Shown: positions 20,401-28,199, counted from the first letter of the stretch. The stretch: 64,000 bases of DNA from Prolixibacteraceae bacterium (GCA_003457135.1 DMSQ01000014.1:10759-74758); one strand, 5' to 3'. Numbers and translations: made by a program. The notes: a model not told the origin generated them from the letters alone.

Positions 20401-20614
20401 GCCTTAACTCTATTTGCATGAACGTTAAAGGCTGTTCTGTTTCCGGTTGTATTTGATCAAATGAAACCTGATCTCTGTATTCAGGGTATTTTTCAACCAT
20501 CTTTTTTGCAAGAGTAAGATCATCTACATCTTTATAATCAGGGTATTTGGCTTTAACCCTACTTGAAAATTCCTGAAAATTTACCGGTTTTTGTGCAATA
20601 TCCTGTTCTGTCAT
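14408..20614 (-). CDS. Large polyvalent/ejection-like protein (2068 aa) with HExxxH metallopeptidase-like and C-terminal LPD38-like regions
   Basis: Intact 6.2-kb ORF; Gly/Ala-rich hydrophobic segments in the N-terminal fifth; IHENGVHNGLRNIL at 18017-18034; KYYVPLRGF; FFNASIQG...NNTVIGWKDNYVSIPL. Confidence 0.7.
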   Translation of the reverse strand: MTEQDIAQKPVNFQEFSSRVKAKYPDYKDVDDLTLAKKMVEKYPEYRDQVSFDQIQPETEQPLTFMQIELRQKFPENYTEEKNQVVAQNTTTEQPKTKEDSGFWSTWLGDAMQGFAGTSVDIAGNVGALQNLPMRSYLNYKTKELGIGDEERKVFVDSFLQTNPATSAAEELKVSAKEEAKKLEAKSDRYNGEDFTDLWKKGEYGAVAGDIFLQGAKSLPYMIMAMGGGAAGLGAIGATSAAGKYEQLDNPELPQIFTEKQKADFIAQKNMGEFQKLTNSALSGTSEAATELLGSVPMGKYIGRLVAKSGEKVAKEVLQKGISAWTTKMFDRFGLIIGPVAEGIEEYANSLATNTIDYFTGANTVFEPTKDAAKSFVYGMGGGAFGSGGALAVMGVNKLNPRQSKESEITTEANELAHQTTGTIVVGKLTTLGTEENTPVYIVSGEQGDISGAVMVRRLDKQPFEDGKLTKMVSPEMVVEKQETTKDEYVQAGLASFDQTEAVNQEQSNENKMVFNGKTLIRIPNGEGLSDDGKQEAWLDENENAVWVPIEEVQRWEKEKIINSIQNQPQNNESVTTTPSGDNGLTQNDQNSTGPVERQITPQKFGSTVIDIIENEGFDEVVPNERVSLEKALPALEKEFKDNSDFEVVAERVQVEIPAENKYKKPTFKTEVRSIKIVPKQQPVQKTMDSPVENVDTSIPQLTDKQKAYQLITGKTELDQSDLQLSELIPGEIVSKALNGQMGIGEVEAYQKILYTDNPFDALFENTNSLQNDQTSNEFSFNRFRITPTVEEMQSKIDELQSIAPSAAPVILVQSVDELPAGIRNHSLFSLGIYGVWYNDKVYVMADKIKSIDHLIAIWIHENGVHNGLRNILPTNERNLLMVQVYDSFRKIAEIKPEIKELFDWVNREYAGSTKQVRGEELLANLSEKIVSREDLNPEVKSIWNETIKYLRALLSKLYNFNGSLLTEGQLIEIIRVSVQSNFQKNEHSSSSQRGIGSLRKGEQRNIDGSEGNPNDGREYQDQTDGRIQAKDRSGRVLDRNGTNSANEEDSRINTPESNQELDSTDSRVNFKKGQEPLSSLLKAASVRVKQKRMPQKVRTKTDRFVSRFINGNTAIKILLEKFDLKVPDYANVFLAVNQKSSRQMGQKTHFEKKLFNPMLRSVENVMAILEKKDLKNEEAYKKVQEYMIARHAPERNRWFRSLGKKGNNFSGMTDDQAIAIYEKFESEIPRELIDELWTNTRECTGKIARYWVEYGKYTQDSLNAVVARNWKYYVPLRGFEPIAEEIQLDYEKSEKRSEFSGDEKTEGRESMADDPIAYIYQMATSAIMWGEKNRAKRSAYNLIKLNSNRKDLFEMSQMNYMTDKLGMVTEVVYETSGTFKDQKGNDKPDHKVFLMNTDEEGNTKKTELGFKSVLEGSGYTFSSSRISNPMSEKPTYLRKQHEVDVYVDGNRFKMIFKDPAISNAINGDNYSQSINFKYLPIASITRFMSRSVTSWRPSFITSNTYRDFKTGAKTMFIQRGFKDSLKFQAKYTVAARFLASNMLNDAWRNSSKTGDKLLDFMGVEPKTEKEKKWKKLYDEYNLNGGPTGQAYLMPLDEVKSKVERYIRHIKRSGSSSLARLANPLNALRLMEGLAGYGESIARFTAYAMARERGESIIMSINEAKEITTNFDTRGEYSATIGSFIMFFNASIQGAAKQYDLAKNHTFRYFAINAVSLVIQGLLSRYLWDLLNGDDDDKDYAEINKYTMYNNTVIGWKDNYVSIPLAQGYRVWNALGVAMYEHHTGRISTEQMSFDMAEVFTQALSPVEISGIFNKQGKLSAPKVAGSLFSAIKPLMDISTNEDYRKRPIFREPFLKSQQGKFADSQMHFNNTNAMIVSFTNWLYKQGGGDPELGTKTIIGKRILEKYDWNPAKIEYILKSYTGGPGQTVLDAANYMILKTVDDLDKQIKDREHKIEGFDPTSIPILQTYYHKKYTGFMYDEYREVANKAEELKFEDDRRNQANDPNRIPEISENQRDFLIDFEMTNDEIKSLLDLKKTTTDEDENKVIDLQILGLRRGFVSKYKYFGK

Positions 20615-20616
20615 AG

Positions 20617-21807
20617 TTAAAATCCTCCCTTTGGAACGCCTTTTAAATTGTATGGATTCTCTTGAAAAAATGACGGTACTTTTTTTGAATAATCAACTTT
20701 CTGTGTCACATGATTTTCTTCTAATTGATTATTATGGAACAATCCAAGAGGATCGGGTTTTGTTGCGTTTGGTGCTGATTTTTGTTCGTTTTGTTTGAGA
20801 ACTTCAGGAGATGGGGTTGTTGAATTTTCTTCCATCTCAATATCTGCCCGTACCAAATCATCGTCTTTTATGTCTGGACTAAGTGATGTAACGAATTGAC
20901 CCGGAATAGGCTTGTTGTACTTATTGAGCTTAGGCGTATCGATGAACATATTTTTAAACCGGGTCTTCAATAGTTCGCTATTCTTTAATGCCCTTTCCCT
21001 TCTGAATGAATATTCGGCAGGTGAAATATTGTGAGTGGCGTTTTTTGTTTGAATTATCTTTGGACGATCTGCTTTGTTTTCCGATCCTGTTTTGTTTGCC
21101 CTGATCAATGCTGCTTTGCCAAGAGTTTTTTTGTATTCTTCGTCAATATCCTGTTGTTTTTGCTTAATCTTAAACTCAGCTTGCCATTTAGCCAAGTCTT
21201 GTGCATTCTTAACCTTTCTGAAGGCTTCGTTTGCTGCCTGCACCCGGTTCCGGTATTCACGTTCTGTTTCTTTGTCCAATCGTGCTATCCCAAACTGAAT
21301 GTCACTTAACTTTCTTTGGTAATCCCGGTATTTGAAGGCTTTATTTTCCTGATCGTGTTTGTCGAGAACATTTTCATAAGACTGATAGAGTGCCGGTGAA
21401 ATCTGGTCCGGTGCTTTTCTTCTCACATTTGCGCCAAGTCCAAGAGAAAGTGCATCGCCAAGAATACCAACGCCACGCCCAAACTGATTAATCCTGCCCA
21501 TGCGCCTCAAACGGTCAATTTTATCCTGATCAATCTTTGGTGCTTCTTCCCGGGTAGACAAAAACCTTTTCATGATTTTTTCTTCCGGTGAAAGTTTTCG
21601 TTCTGATACCATTGCTGAATTAACCGGATTGATAGGTGCTTCTGATTCCTGTAACCTCTGGTCAGTAGGATCAACCTGATAGTTTGACTGAACTTGCTGA
21701 GCAGGTCTTGATGGGATAAACAGTTCTTTCCCGTCCTCCGGGCTGTCGAATCTTCTTTGAGGATAATCAATTAGGTAATCTTCTGTTTGGAATTCGGGTG
21801 TTGGCAT
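20617..21807 (-). CDS. Putative ejection/pilot-like protein (396 aa)
   Basis: Coiled-coil-like, amphipathic GVGILGDALSLGLG segment; stop 2 nt before the large gene. Confidence 0.5.
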   Translation of the reverse strand: MPTPEFQTEDYLIDYPQRRFDSPEDGKELFIPSRPAQQVQSNYQVDPTDQRLQESEAPINPVNSAMVSERKLSPEEKIMKRFLSTREEAPKIDQDKIDRLRRMGRINQFGRGVGILGDALSLGLGANVRRKAPDQISPALYQSYENVLDKHDQENKAFKYRDYQRKLSDIQFGIARLDKETEREYRNRVQAANEAFRKVKNAQDLAKWQAEFKIKQKQQDIDEEYKKTLGKAALIRANKTGSENKADRPKIIQTKNATHNISPAEYSFRRERALKNSELLKTRFKNMFIDTPKLNKYNKPIPGQFVTSLSPDIKDDDLVRADIEMEENSTTPSPEVLKQNEQKSAPNATKPDPLGLFHNNQLEENHVTQKVDYSKKVPSFFQENPYNLKGVPKGGF

Positions 21808-21979
21808 ATCTTAATTTTTATAGCTTATGTGTATGCAATATTAATAATATAAATCATTAATATTCTTGTATTACAGTAGATTATATCTATCATTTAAAGT
21901 GATACTTTAAGTATAATTTAATTATCAATAATGATTTATCTGGAATTAATAGTCTTGTCAACATCAACAAAAGAAGTAA

Positions 21980-22414
21980 TCAATTCAAATCGATATTCAA
22001 GTCATAACCCGGAAATTCAGCAATTACTAGATTTAAAACCATAATGTCAGTGAATGGAAATCCATAAATATTATTAATAAATTTTCGAAGAAGTTGGAAA
22101 TACTTATGGTTATCAAGGCAATTTTCATTAAGTATTAAATGACAGCCAAGGGTAATTAACAAAAATCTTAATAGCTTAAACCTTGCTTCTGGAAGGCATA
22201 AATCATTTTCATAAGCTGTTATTTTTAGCGATTCCTTGTACTTATCTGCGATCAAAAATTTAAATAGCATTTTTATTTCATCAAGATTGTAGAACTGATA
22301 TAGACCAGAAATAGCACTTATATCGAAAAGTAAAGGCTTAAATATTTTTAATTCCATATCGTATAGGCAATGAATTTCAGCATCATTAACCTTAATTATT
22401 TTTTGATTGTCCAT
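21980..22414 (-). CDS. Hypothetical protein
   Basis: 144-aa AT-rich ORF in the same operon orientation. Confidence 0.6.
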   Translation of the reverse strand: MDNQKIIKVNDAEIHCLYDMELKIFKPLLFDISAISGLYQFYNLDEIKMLFKFLIADKYKESLKITAYENDLCLPEARFKLLRFLLITLGCHLILNENCLDNHKYFQLLRKFINNIYGFPFTDIMVLNLVIAEFPGYDLNIDLN

Positions 22415-22433
22415 CTGGTTAAATAATTTAATG

Positions 22434-23018
22434 TTAAGAATTAGGATCTCTTTTTAGAATCTTCTGTTCAATTTCATTGAATTTTGCCACTGTTTTGAGA
22501 AATGTCCGTATAACAAGTCCGGGATGAAAAGTAAACAGATCATCCCCGGCCTCCACAATATTCGCGAACGCCTGCCACATTTCGTGTTCAGTTATCTTCC
22601 CAACATTCCTTTCCTGAATAGCCAATCCTAAGTGTATGATATAGCCAATATTGCATTTCAACATGGCCACTTCAAAGCCAGTGTGAGCATACCAGTGAGC
22701 AAAACTGTTAAGGACCCGTTTTTCAAAAGGGCAAATTGAAACTGCAATCTGGAAATTCTGATATTCTTTGATTGATTCATTGGCAGTTTCTTCAATGGAA
22801 GTCATAAATTGATATGGATTTGTATCAGCCTTGAAAAGAAGATTGATAAGATTTGAAGTATTTTGAGCTTCAGCTAAGGTTGTAGGTTTGGCACATTGGG
22901 CAGTTATTACAGCCTTGTCGAAATAATGTGAGGCCGATATTGCAAAGTATGTTTTGGTTCTCTGGAATTGTCTTTTGAGCTGATTCAATTCTTTTGTGTT
23001 GATTTCTATCGGGTTCAT
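22434..23018 (-). CDS. Hypothetical protein, paralog B
   Basis: 81/194 identities, ungapped, to 23074-23676. Confidence 0.8.
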   Translation of the reverse strand: MNPIEINTKELNQLKRQFQRTKTYFAISASHYFDKAVITAQCAKPTTLAEAQNTSNLINLLFKADTNPYQFMTSIEETANESIKEYQNFQIAVSICPFEKRVLNSFAHWYAHTGFEVAMLKCNIGYIIHLGLAIQERNVGKITEHEMWQAFANIVEAGDDLFTFHPGLVIRTFLKTVAKFNEIEQKILKRDPNS

Positions 23019-23073
23019 AATGAATGTTTTAATTTTGATTGTTTTTTAAAATGTATAGATTATCCTTCTCTGT

Positions 23074-23676
23074 TCAATCGTTTTCTGTTCCATATTCAAA
23101 TAGTGTTCTTAAATAGATTTTATCTTCAATCTCAACCAGCTTATTTGAAGCCTGTGTAAAAGCTCGTAATATCCACATCGGCTTGAAACTAAAGAACCTA
23201 TTTCCTGCTTTTGAAACGGAATCAATACACTCAAGCAGTTCTTTTTTAGAGATCATTTCCAAATAATGTTGTTGAATCGCAATTCCGCAATAAAGAATGT
23301 AATTCATATTACACTTGAGCATGGAAGCCTCCCAGCCAGTATTCACGTACCATTTGCAAAAACTTTCGAGTATCCGTTTGTCCGTTGACCAGTTTTGTAG
23401 TACCAATTTGTACACGTTGTATTCTTCAATGGACTTATTTGAAGTGTCCTCAATCGAGTTCATAAATTCAAAAGGCGTTGTTTCAGCTTGGAATAAAAAG
23501 TTAATAAAGTCTGACGTTTTTTGGGCTTCCGGCAGTGTTGTTTTTTTTGCACAATGGCTGCTGATAATTGCATGATCAAGACTGTGGGCGGCTATCAAGG
23601 CCTGAAAGGTTTTTATTTTTGCATGGTTTTTTCGGATTTGAACAAGTTCTTTTTGAAGTTGTTTAATTTCGTTCAT
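23074..23676 (-). CDS. Hypothetical protein, paralog A
   Basis: Paralog of 22434-23018; TTAAAA-N9-ATG leader. Confidence 0.8.
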   Translation of the reverse strand: MNEIKQLQKELVQIRKNHAKIKTFQALIAAHSLDHAIISSHCAKKTTLPEAQKTSDFINFLFQAETTPFEFMNSIEDTSNKSIEEYNVYKLVLQNWSTDKRILESFCKWYVNTGWEASMLKCNMNYILYCGIAIQQHYLEMISKKELLECIDSVSKAGNRFFSFKPMWILRAFTQASNKLVEIEDKIYLRTLFEYGTEND

Positions 23677-23717
23677 ATGAATTGTTTTTAAATGATTTGT
23701 ATAAAATATTGATTGTG

Positions 23718-25109
23718 TTAGAATGGATCCTTACCTGTCGGTTCGATGCGATGGTCGGGGGAATAATGGTTGATATCGCTTATTGGATTATCACTGAATC
23801 CTGTCATTTCTTCATTGGCGAATATTTCAAAGTCGCCACAAGTTCCCCTCCGGTTCTTTGCGATGGAAATATAGAACCGGTTATCTGTATCGTTTCTCCA
23901 TGGGAATATCACTATGTCAGCATCCTGCTCGATGGCTCCCGATTCCCGAAGGTGGTGCAACTGTGGTTTTTCTCCGGCTGCTGCCCGGTTGAGCTGCGAA
24001 AGGCAAATGATAGGTATGTTTTCAGCAAGTGCGATTTCCTTTAGAGTTCGGCTGATTTCGGAAATTTGCTGTTCTCTGATCGCTTTCTTGTCAATAGGCT
24101 TAACAAGCTGCAAATAGTCTAAAATAATTAAATCGCACCGTCCGGCCTTTCTGTTCCTGATCGTATTGGACTTTATGCGGGATGAGGTCAACCCAGCATA
24201 GTCATTCCAGATTATAGGCAACCGTTCAAAATTGATCAGTGAAGCGTTTATTGCGTTCCAATCCTTATCGTTTATGTAGCCGTCCCTCAGCCGGGTCCTG
24301 TTTATGGAAGATTCGCCACTAATCATTATTCTCATCAGGTCGGATGACTTCATTTCAAGGCCGTAAAAATTAACCCAGCTTCCGGCTCTGGCTGCCATCT
24401 TTGCAAAGTGAAGTGCAAGGCTTGTTTTTCCAATTCCGGGGCGTGCAGCGACAATAACTAGGTTTGTGCTGCGCCATCCTCCTGTGGCATTGTTCAGGGT
24501 TTTAAGTCCTGTTGTGATACCGGGTTGTTTTCCATTTTTAGCCTGAACACAATCTTTCTCAATCTCTTTGATGGTTTCCCGGATTACGTTGAAATGCGAT
24601 TGGCCAGTGTTTGCTCCTAGAGTTGAATCCTCAATTGCTGATATTTTTTGTTTTACTGAGATTAATAGATCTTCAATGTCTGTTCCTTCTTCATAAGCCT
24701 CACTAATTGTTTCTGAGCCTATCCTGATCAATTCTCTTTGTGCATAAAGTTGCGCTATGATACGGGCGTGAGCTTCGATATGTGCGGCCGATGCAACTTT
24801 GCTTGTTAGCTGGGTAATGTAAAGCGGTCCTCCTATCGTTTCCAGTTGGTTTGTAGTAATCAACGCCCTGGTTACAGTAAGTAAATCAATCTGTCTATTT
24901 GCATCTGCCAGCGATTTTACGACATCAAATATTATCTGATGCTCATATTTGTAAAAGCTATTAGAGGTTAAAACTCCACTTACTTTATGTATTGCTTCAG
25001 CTTCTAACATTAAGGATCCTAAAACGGCCTCTTCCATATCTATGGCTTGGGGTGGAATTTTACCATATTGAGCATTAATTTCATCTATTTGGTTTTTCAT
25101 CTTGTCCAT
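23718..25109 (-). CDS. dnaB: Replicative DNA helicase (element-encoded)
   Basis: PPQAIDMEEAVLG, Walker A AARPGIGKT, DYLQL, LSQLNR, LRESGAIEQDAD. Confidence 0.95.
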   Translation of the reverse strand: MDKMKNQIDEINAQYGKIPPQAIDMEEAVLGSLMLEAEAIHKVSGVLTSNSFYKYEHQIIFDVVKSLADANRQIDLLTVTRALITTNQLETIGGPLYITQLTSKVASAAHIEAHARIIAQLYAQRELIRIGSETISEAYEEGTDIEDLLISVKQKISAIEDSTLGANTGQSHFNVIRETIKEIEKDCVQAKNGKQPGITTGLKTLNNATGGWRSTNLVIVAARPGIGKTSLALHFAKMAARAGSWVNFYGLEMKSSDLMRIMISGESSINRTRLRDGYINDKDWNAINASLINFERLPIIWNDYAGLTSSRIKSNTIRNRKAGRCDLIILDYLQLVKPIDKKAIREQQISEISRTLKEIALAENIPIICLSQLNRAAAGEKPQLHHLRESGAIEQDADIVIFPWRNDTDNRFYISIAKNRRGTCGDFEIFANEEMTGFSDNPISDINHYSPDHRIEPTGKDPF

Positions 25110-25783
25110 TCTTTGGGTGTTTTGATTTCAATTTTTGTTTTTGGGTTGCCACCTGTATTGCTTCGGGCTATCCATCCGGTAACAGATTTCTTCCAATTTG
25201 CCATTTTGTTTTTACCCACCATCCAGTTTATTGATCCGTAATGAGCATCAAATTTTACAGCTTCTGTTTCTGGGTTCAGGGTTAAACCTTTTTCTTTGAT
25301 ACTTTCTGAAAAATATGATTGAATTTCTAAGAGAGAAGGAGGGGTAAAACGATCAGTTTTCACCTCTCTTTTATTATTCTCATTATTCTCATTATTTAAT
25401 TGGTGTCGTTTGCGTTTCACTTCCGTTTCATTTGCGTTTCGGTCATTCTGGTAACTGTCATAATTACAGACCTTTATCCGTGTCGTTTTTTGTTCGGGTT
25501 TTAGTACAATCATTGAACACGCTTCTAGGAGCTTAAAGAACCTTCTGACCTTCGATTTATTCCAGTTAAAAATCTTTGCCCATGTATCCAAACTGTAAAG
25601 TTTTTCTCCTCTGTTACAGCATAAAACTGCATTTCCAATATTGACCGTTTCATCCTGATGGTTAACTTCCATGAGAATAGTTAACCATGCTTCAAATTTT
25701 GTGAAAGGGCGACCTTTAGGAAATATCCAATGTTTTCTGATTGCACGATAAACAGAGATCCAGCCTTCGTTAATATCATTCAT
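25097..25783 (-). CDS. Phage-type replication initiator (replisome-organiser/lambda-O-like)
   Basis: GWISVYRAI...EAWLTIL...RGEKLYSLDTWAKIFNWNKSKVRRFF winged helix; C-terminal FTPPSL...NWKKSVTGW; overlaps the dnaB start; ATG at 25783. Confidence 0.8.
   Translation of the reverse strand: MNDINEGWISVYRAIRKHWIFPKGRPFTKFEAWLTILMEVNHQDETVNIGNAVLCCNRGEKLYSLDTWAKIFNWNKSKVRRFFKLLEACSMIVLKPEQKTTRIKVCNYDSYQNDRNANETEVKRKRHQLNNENNENNKREVKTDRFTPPSLLEIQSYFSESIKEKGLTLNPETEAVKFDAHYGSINWMVGKNKMANWKKSVTGWIARSNTGGNPKTKIEIKTPKEWTR
25371..25440. repeat. Putative origin inside rep: three 11-bp iterons plus AT-rich tract
   Basis: GTTTGCGTTTC / ACTTCCGTTTC / ATTTGCGTTTC (25408-25440) next to TTATTATTCTCATTATTCTCATTATTTAATT (25371-25401). 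Confidence 0.65.
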
Positions 25784-25982
25784 TGGACTTGTTTTTAAAG
25801 CGATTACACTGATCCAGAGTTCCGGAATAAACCCGAAACCATATTGAAGTTCGGGAAGTGCTGAACCCAAGGGAAACAATTTTATATTCCTTGAACAAGG
25901 GATTAAATAAGACCTTATGGGTGGCAGAAGTTCTGAAAATACGGTTCAAATAGTTTCCTGATGGTTTTGTGGCTGTCAGCAT
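25776..25982 (-). CDS. Small hypothetical protein
   Basis: 68 aa, overlaps both neighbours by 7-8 nt, filling the operon gap. Confidence 0.5.
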   Translation of the reverse strand: MLTATKPSGNYLNRIFRTSATHKVLFNPLFKEYKIVSLGFSTSRTSIWFRVYSGTLDQCNRFKNKSNE

Positions 25983-26476
25983 GGATTACCCTCCTGAAAC
26001 TTTAGATTGTAGAATTTTAAGAACTGCTCGAATGATGTGACAGTGACGGAGATTAGTCCGGCTTCTTCAGTGACTTGTGCGTGGCTTTGAAGATCCCTGC
26101 TGATCCTTATACGAACAGTAATTTCGCCAATGATCGTAGAAATATCAAACATTTCATTGATTCCGTTTTTAATCCAATGGGTTTCAATGATACTCCGCTG
26201 GTGTCCTATTACATTAGTGAATATTGTTTTAGTGGTAATCCTTCGGTTTATTTGTTCGGCCTTGTATCCAGACAATTTGAGAAAGTCAGTTATTGCTTTC
26301 ATCAGCCCGGAAGTTGTATCGTCCCGGTATTCGTCTTTAGCAAGGAAGCGGATAGGAGTGTTTGGTAATCTGATTTTCTTTGCTTCAAATGCCAAGGATT
26401 CAAGATACTTGACAGCATCAGGCTTGACGTATCTCGGCTTTCTTCCCTTTGCTTTTAATTCGGCTGTCTGGTTCAT
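25976..26476 (-). CDS. VRR-NUC/PD-(D/E)xK-like protein, apparently degenerate
   Basis: GLMKAITDFLKLSGYKAEQIN, WIK, DISTII, RDLQSHAQ, SFEQFLKFY; no ExK motif. Confidence 0.5.
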   Translation of the reverse strand: MNQTAELKAKGRKPRYVKPDAVKYLESLAFEAKKIRLPNTPIRFLAKDEYRDDTTSGLMKAITDFLKLSGYKAEQINRRITTKTIFTNVIGHQRSIIETHWIKNGINEMFDISTIIGEITVRIRISRDLQSHAQVTEEAGLISVTVTSFEQFLKFYNLKFQEGNPC

Positions 26477-26805
26477 AGTGAAAGGGATTTAGTTGGTGAG
26501 TCAAACAGACTTAACTGAGCATGTCTTTTAGGAGCTTTTTGGGGATCGGTACTTAAGTACCAAGCCTTGAATCCTGTTTTCTGGCAATCCCTCTTTTCAA
26601 TTTCCCAAAGCATTTCCGCTTTTTCAAGATCGCGCTTGTAACGTGTTATGCATTTCTGGGGTACACCGGTAGCATCAGTCACCATTGAAGCTGTAGCAAC
26701 ATGTTCTTTCAGATAGTGAAATATGGTTTGCAGTTGATTTAAGTGTGTTGTATCTTTGTCAAGTTCTAATTGCAAAGATTTTCTGGAGGTAGTATGTAGG
26801 CACAT
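26473..26805 (-). CDS. Winged-helix-like hypothetical protein
   Basis: TASMVTDATGVPQKCITRYKRDLEK; ATGA overlap with the downstream gene. Confidence 0.65.
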   Translation of the reverse strand: MCLHTTSRKSLQLELDKDTTHLNQLQTIFHYLKEHVATASMVTDATGVPQKCITRYKRDLEKAEMLWEIEKRDCQKTGFKAWYLSTDPQKAPKRHAQLSLFDSPTKSLSL

Positions 26806-26806
26806 A

Positions 26807-27148
26807 TTACCTCCGTTTTTTATTTTCCAAAAATTGATCCGCCTCTACGGCTGTTTCCAAAAAGGTTTTGCGTCGCCCGGACTTCAACCAAAAATCAATT
26901 TCCGATTTTAAGAATGTAATTTTCTTTCCCCTTTTATGGAAAGGGATAGCTCTTTCATGCACATAACCGTAAAAAGTCGCCTTGCTTCTTTTTTCAGGAT
27001 CGTACTCAACTAATTCATTAAGATCAAACCAACAGTCGGGTAGGGGTTGGTTGTTGTTACTCTTTTCAAGTAACAGCCGTTCCATATTTTCCAGCTTCTG
27101 ATAAATCTGGTGAACGGATGCGGGTAAATTTTCGAATGTAACTGTCAT
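26807..27148 (-). CDS. Excisionase-like HTH protein (Bacteroidetes MGE type)
   Basis: WFDLNEL...KATFYGYVHERAIPFHKRGKKITFLKSEIDFWL. Confidence 0.85.
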   Translation of the reverse strand: MTVTFENLPASVHQIYQKLENMERLLLEKSNNNQPLPDCWFDLNELVEYDPEKRSKATFYGYVHERAIPFHKRGKKITFLKSEIDFWLKSGRRKTFLETAVEADQFLENKKRR

Positions 27149-27254
27149 TGCATCATTATTTAAGTGAATAATGATGCAATGATATTGGGTTGTTATGGTG
27201 CTATTCTTTTGAAGGCAAAGAGGACAAAAAGAAAGGCAAAGCAGGCAAAAAATA

Positions 27255-28199
27255 CTACCATTTGTTTATTGTTTTGCCCGGTTTAAAGAAAGATGGAATA
27301 GATTTTTCACCCCAGTTATCGAAGCATTCTGTAAATAGTTTAATAAACCTTCTCTTATTCTGTATGTGGCCATAGTGAGCCACAGCAATATCAAAAAGTT
27401 CGTAAAATCGTTTTATCACAAATCCCTTTTCACCGTTAGAACAGTTTATTTTTTGTTTCGGTTGGGTTGTATCATTCAAAAATCCTTTTCTTAGAAATGA
27501 AATTAGCTGTTTGGTAGTCAAAAATTCATTTCCATTTTTGCTTTTTTTGGTGGTCATTACCGTAAAGTGTGATATTACTTTATCCATTGGAAGACCTTTC
27601 CAGAAAAGATTCTCAGAACTCCTTATTTTGTCCAGTTCTAATTTCAGTTCTTCACTTTTGGATTGCTCTTTTTCAGGTAGCGAAGGTTGTTCTGGCAGAT
27701 CACTTGATTCCTGAGTCTGTGGCTGTTTGACATACTCTTTTTTGATAAATTCAAAATATGACTCCGTAAATTGACGTATCAATTCACAGTCATTATTAGT
27801 AAGATAAGGATAAATCTTCTTTGAGTACGCTACTCTTGCATTTTCTTCTTCGATATGCTGTCTGTAATATTCAGCTTTTAAATCTCGCTTAAATGCTCCC
27901 GGTAATTTTTCCTCCTTATTTATAAAGTCCGCCAGGCAAAGCTCATAAAACCCCTTGTACATTTCCGTTTCAGATTTTCCCCAGTTATGAATAAGATAGG
28001 CCGTAAATCCAAGAACCATCACCGGACAATTTTCTTCATTTCGCTCAGATGGATTTATAATATAAGCAGGTTCATCAGGTGTAAGTTCAATTAACTGATA
28101 CCATACCTGCGTTGCGTTATATTTAAATTCTGCAACCTTTTTATTCATCCAACTACTTGATGTTGCTTCAGTCTTAACTTTCGGTATTAATGACTCCAT
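27255..28199 (-). CDS. Hypothetical protein between integrase and excisionase
   Basis: 314-aa intact ORF, two domains joined by a Pro/Ser/Glu linker. Confidence 0.7.
   Translation of the reverse strand: MESLIPKVKTEATSSSWMNKKVAEFKYNATQVWYQLIELTPDEPAYIINPSERNEENCPVMVLGFTAYLIHNWGKSETEMYKGFYELCLADFINKEEKLPGAFKRDLKAEYYRQHIEEENARVAYSKKIYPYLTNNDCELIRQFTESYFEFIKKEYVKQPQTQESSDLPEQPSLPEKEQSKSEELKLELDKIRSSENLFWKGLPMDKVISHFTVMTTKKSKNGNEFLTTKQLISFLRKGFLNDTTQPKQKINCSNGEKGFVIKRFYELFDIAVAHYGHIQNKRRFIKLFTECFDNWGEKSIPSFFKPGKTINKW

Noticed and set aside
14408-20614. Large protein as a virion RNA polymerase, tape measure or lytic transglycosylase
   Set aside because: No DxDxD polymerase motif, no periodic tape-measure repeats and no transglycosylase motif recognisable by eye
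23682-24117. Alternative-frame ORFs inside dnaB
   Set aside because: Fully overlap a well-supported helicase gene and carry no motifs
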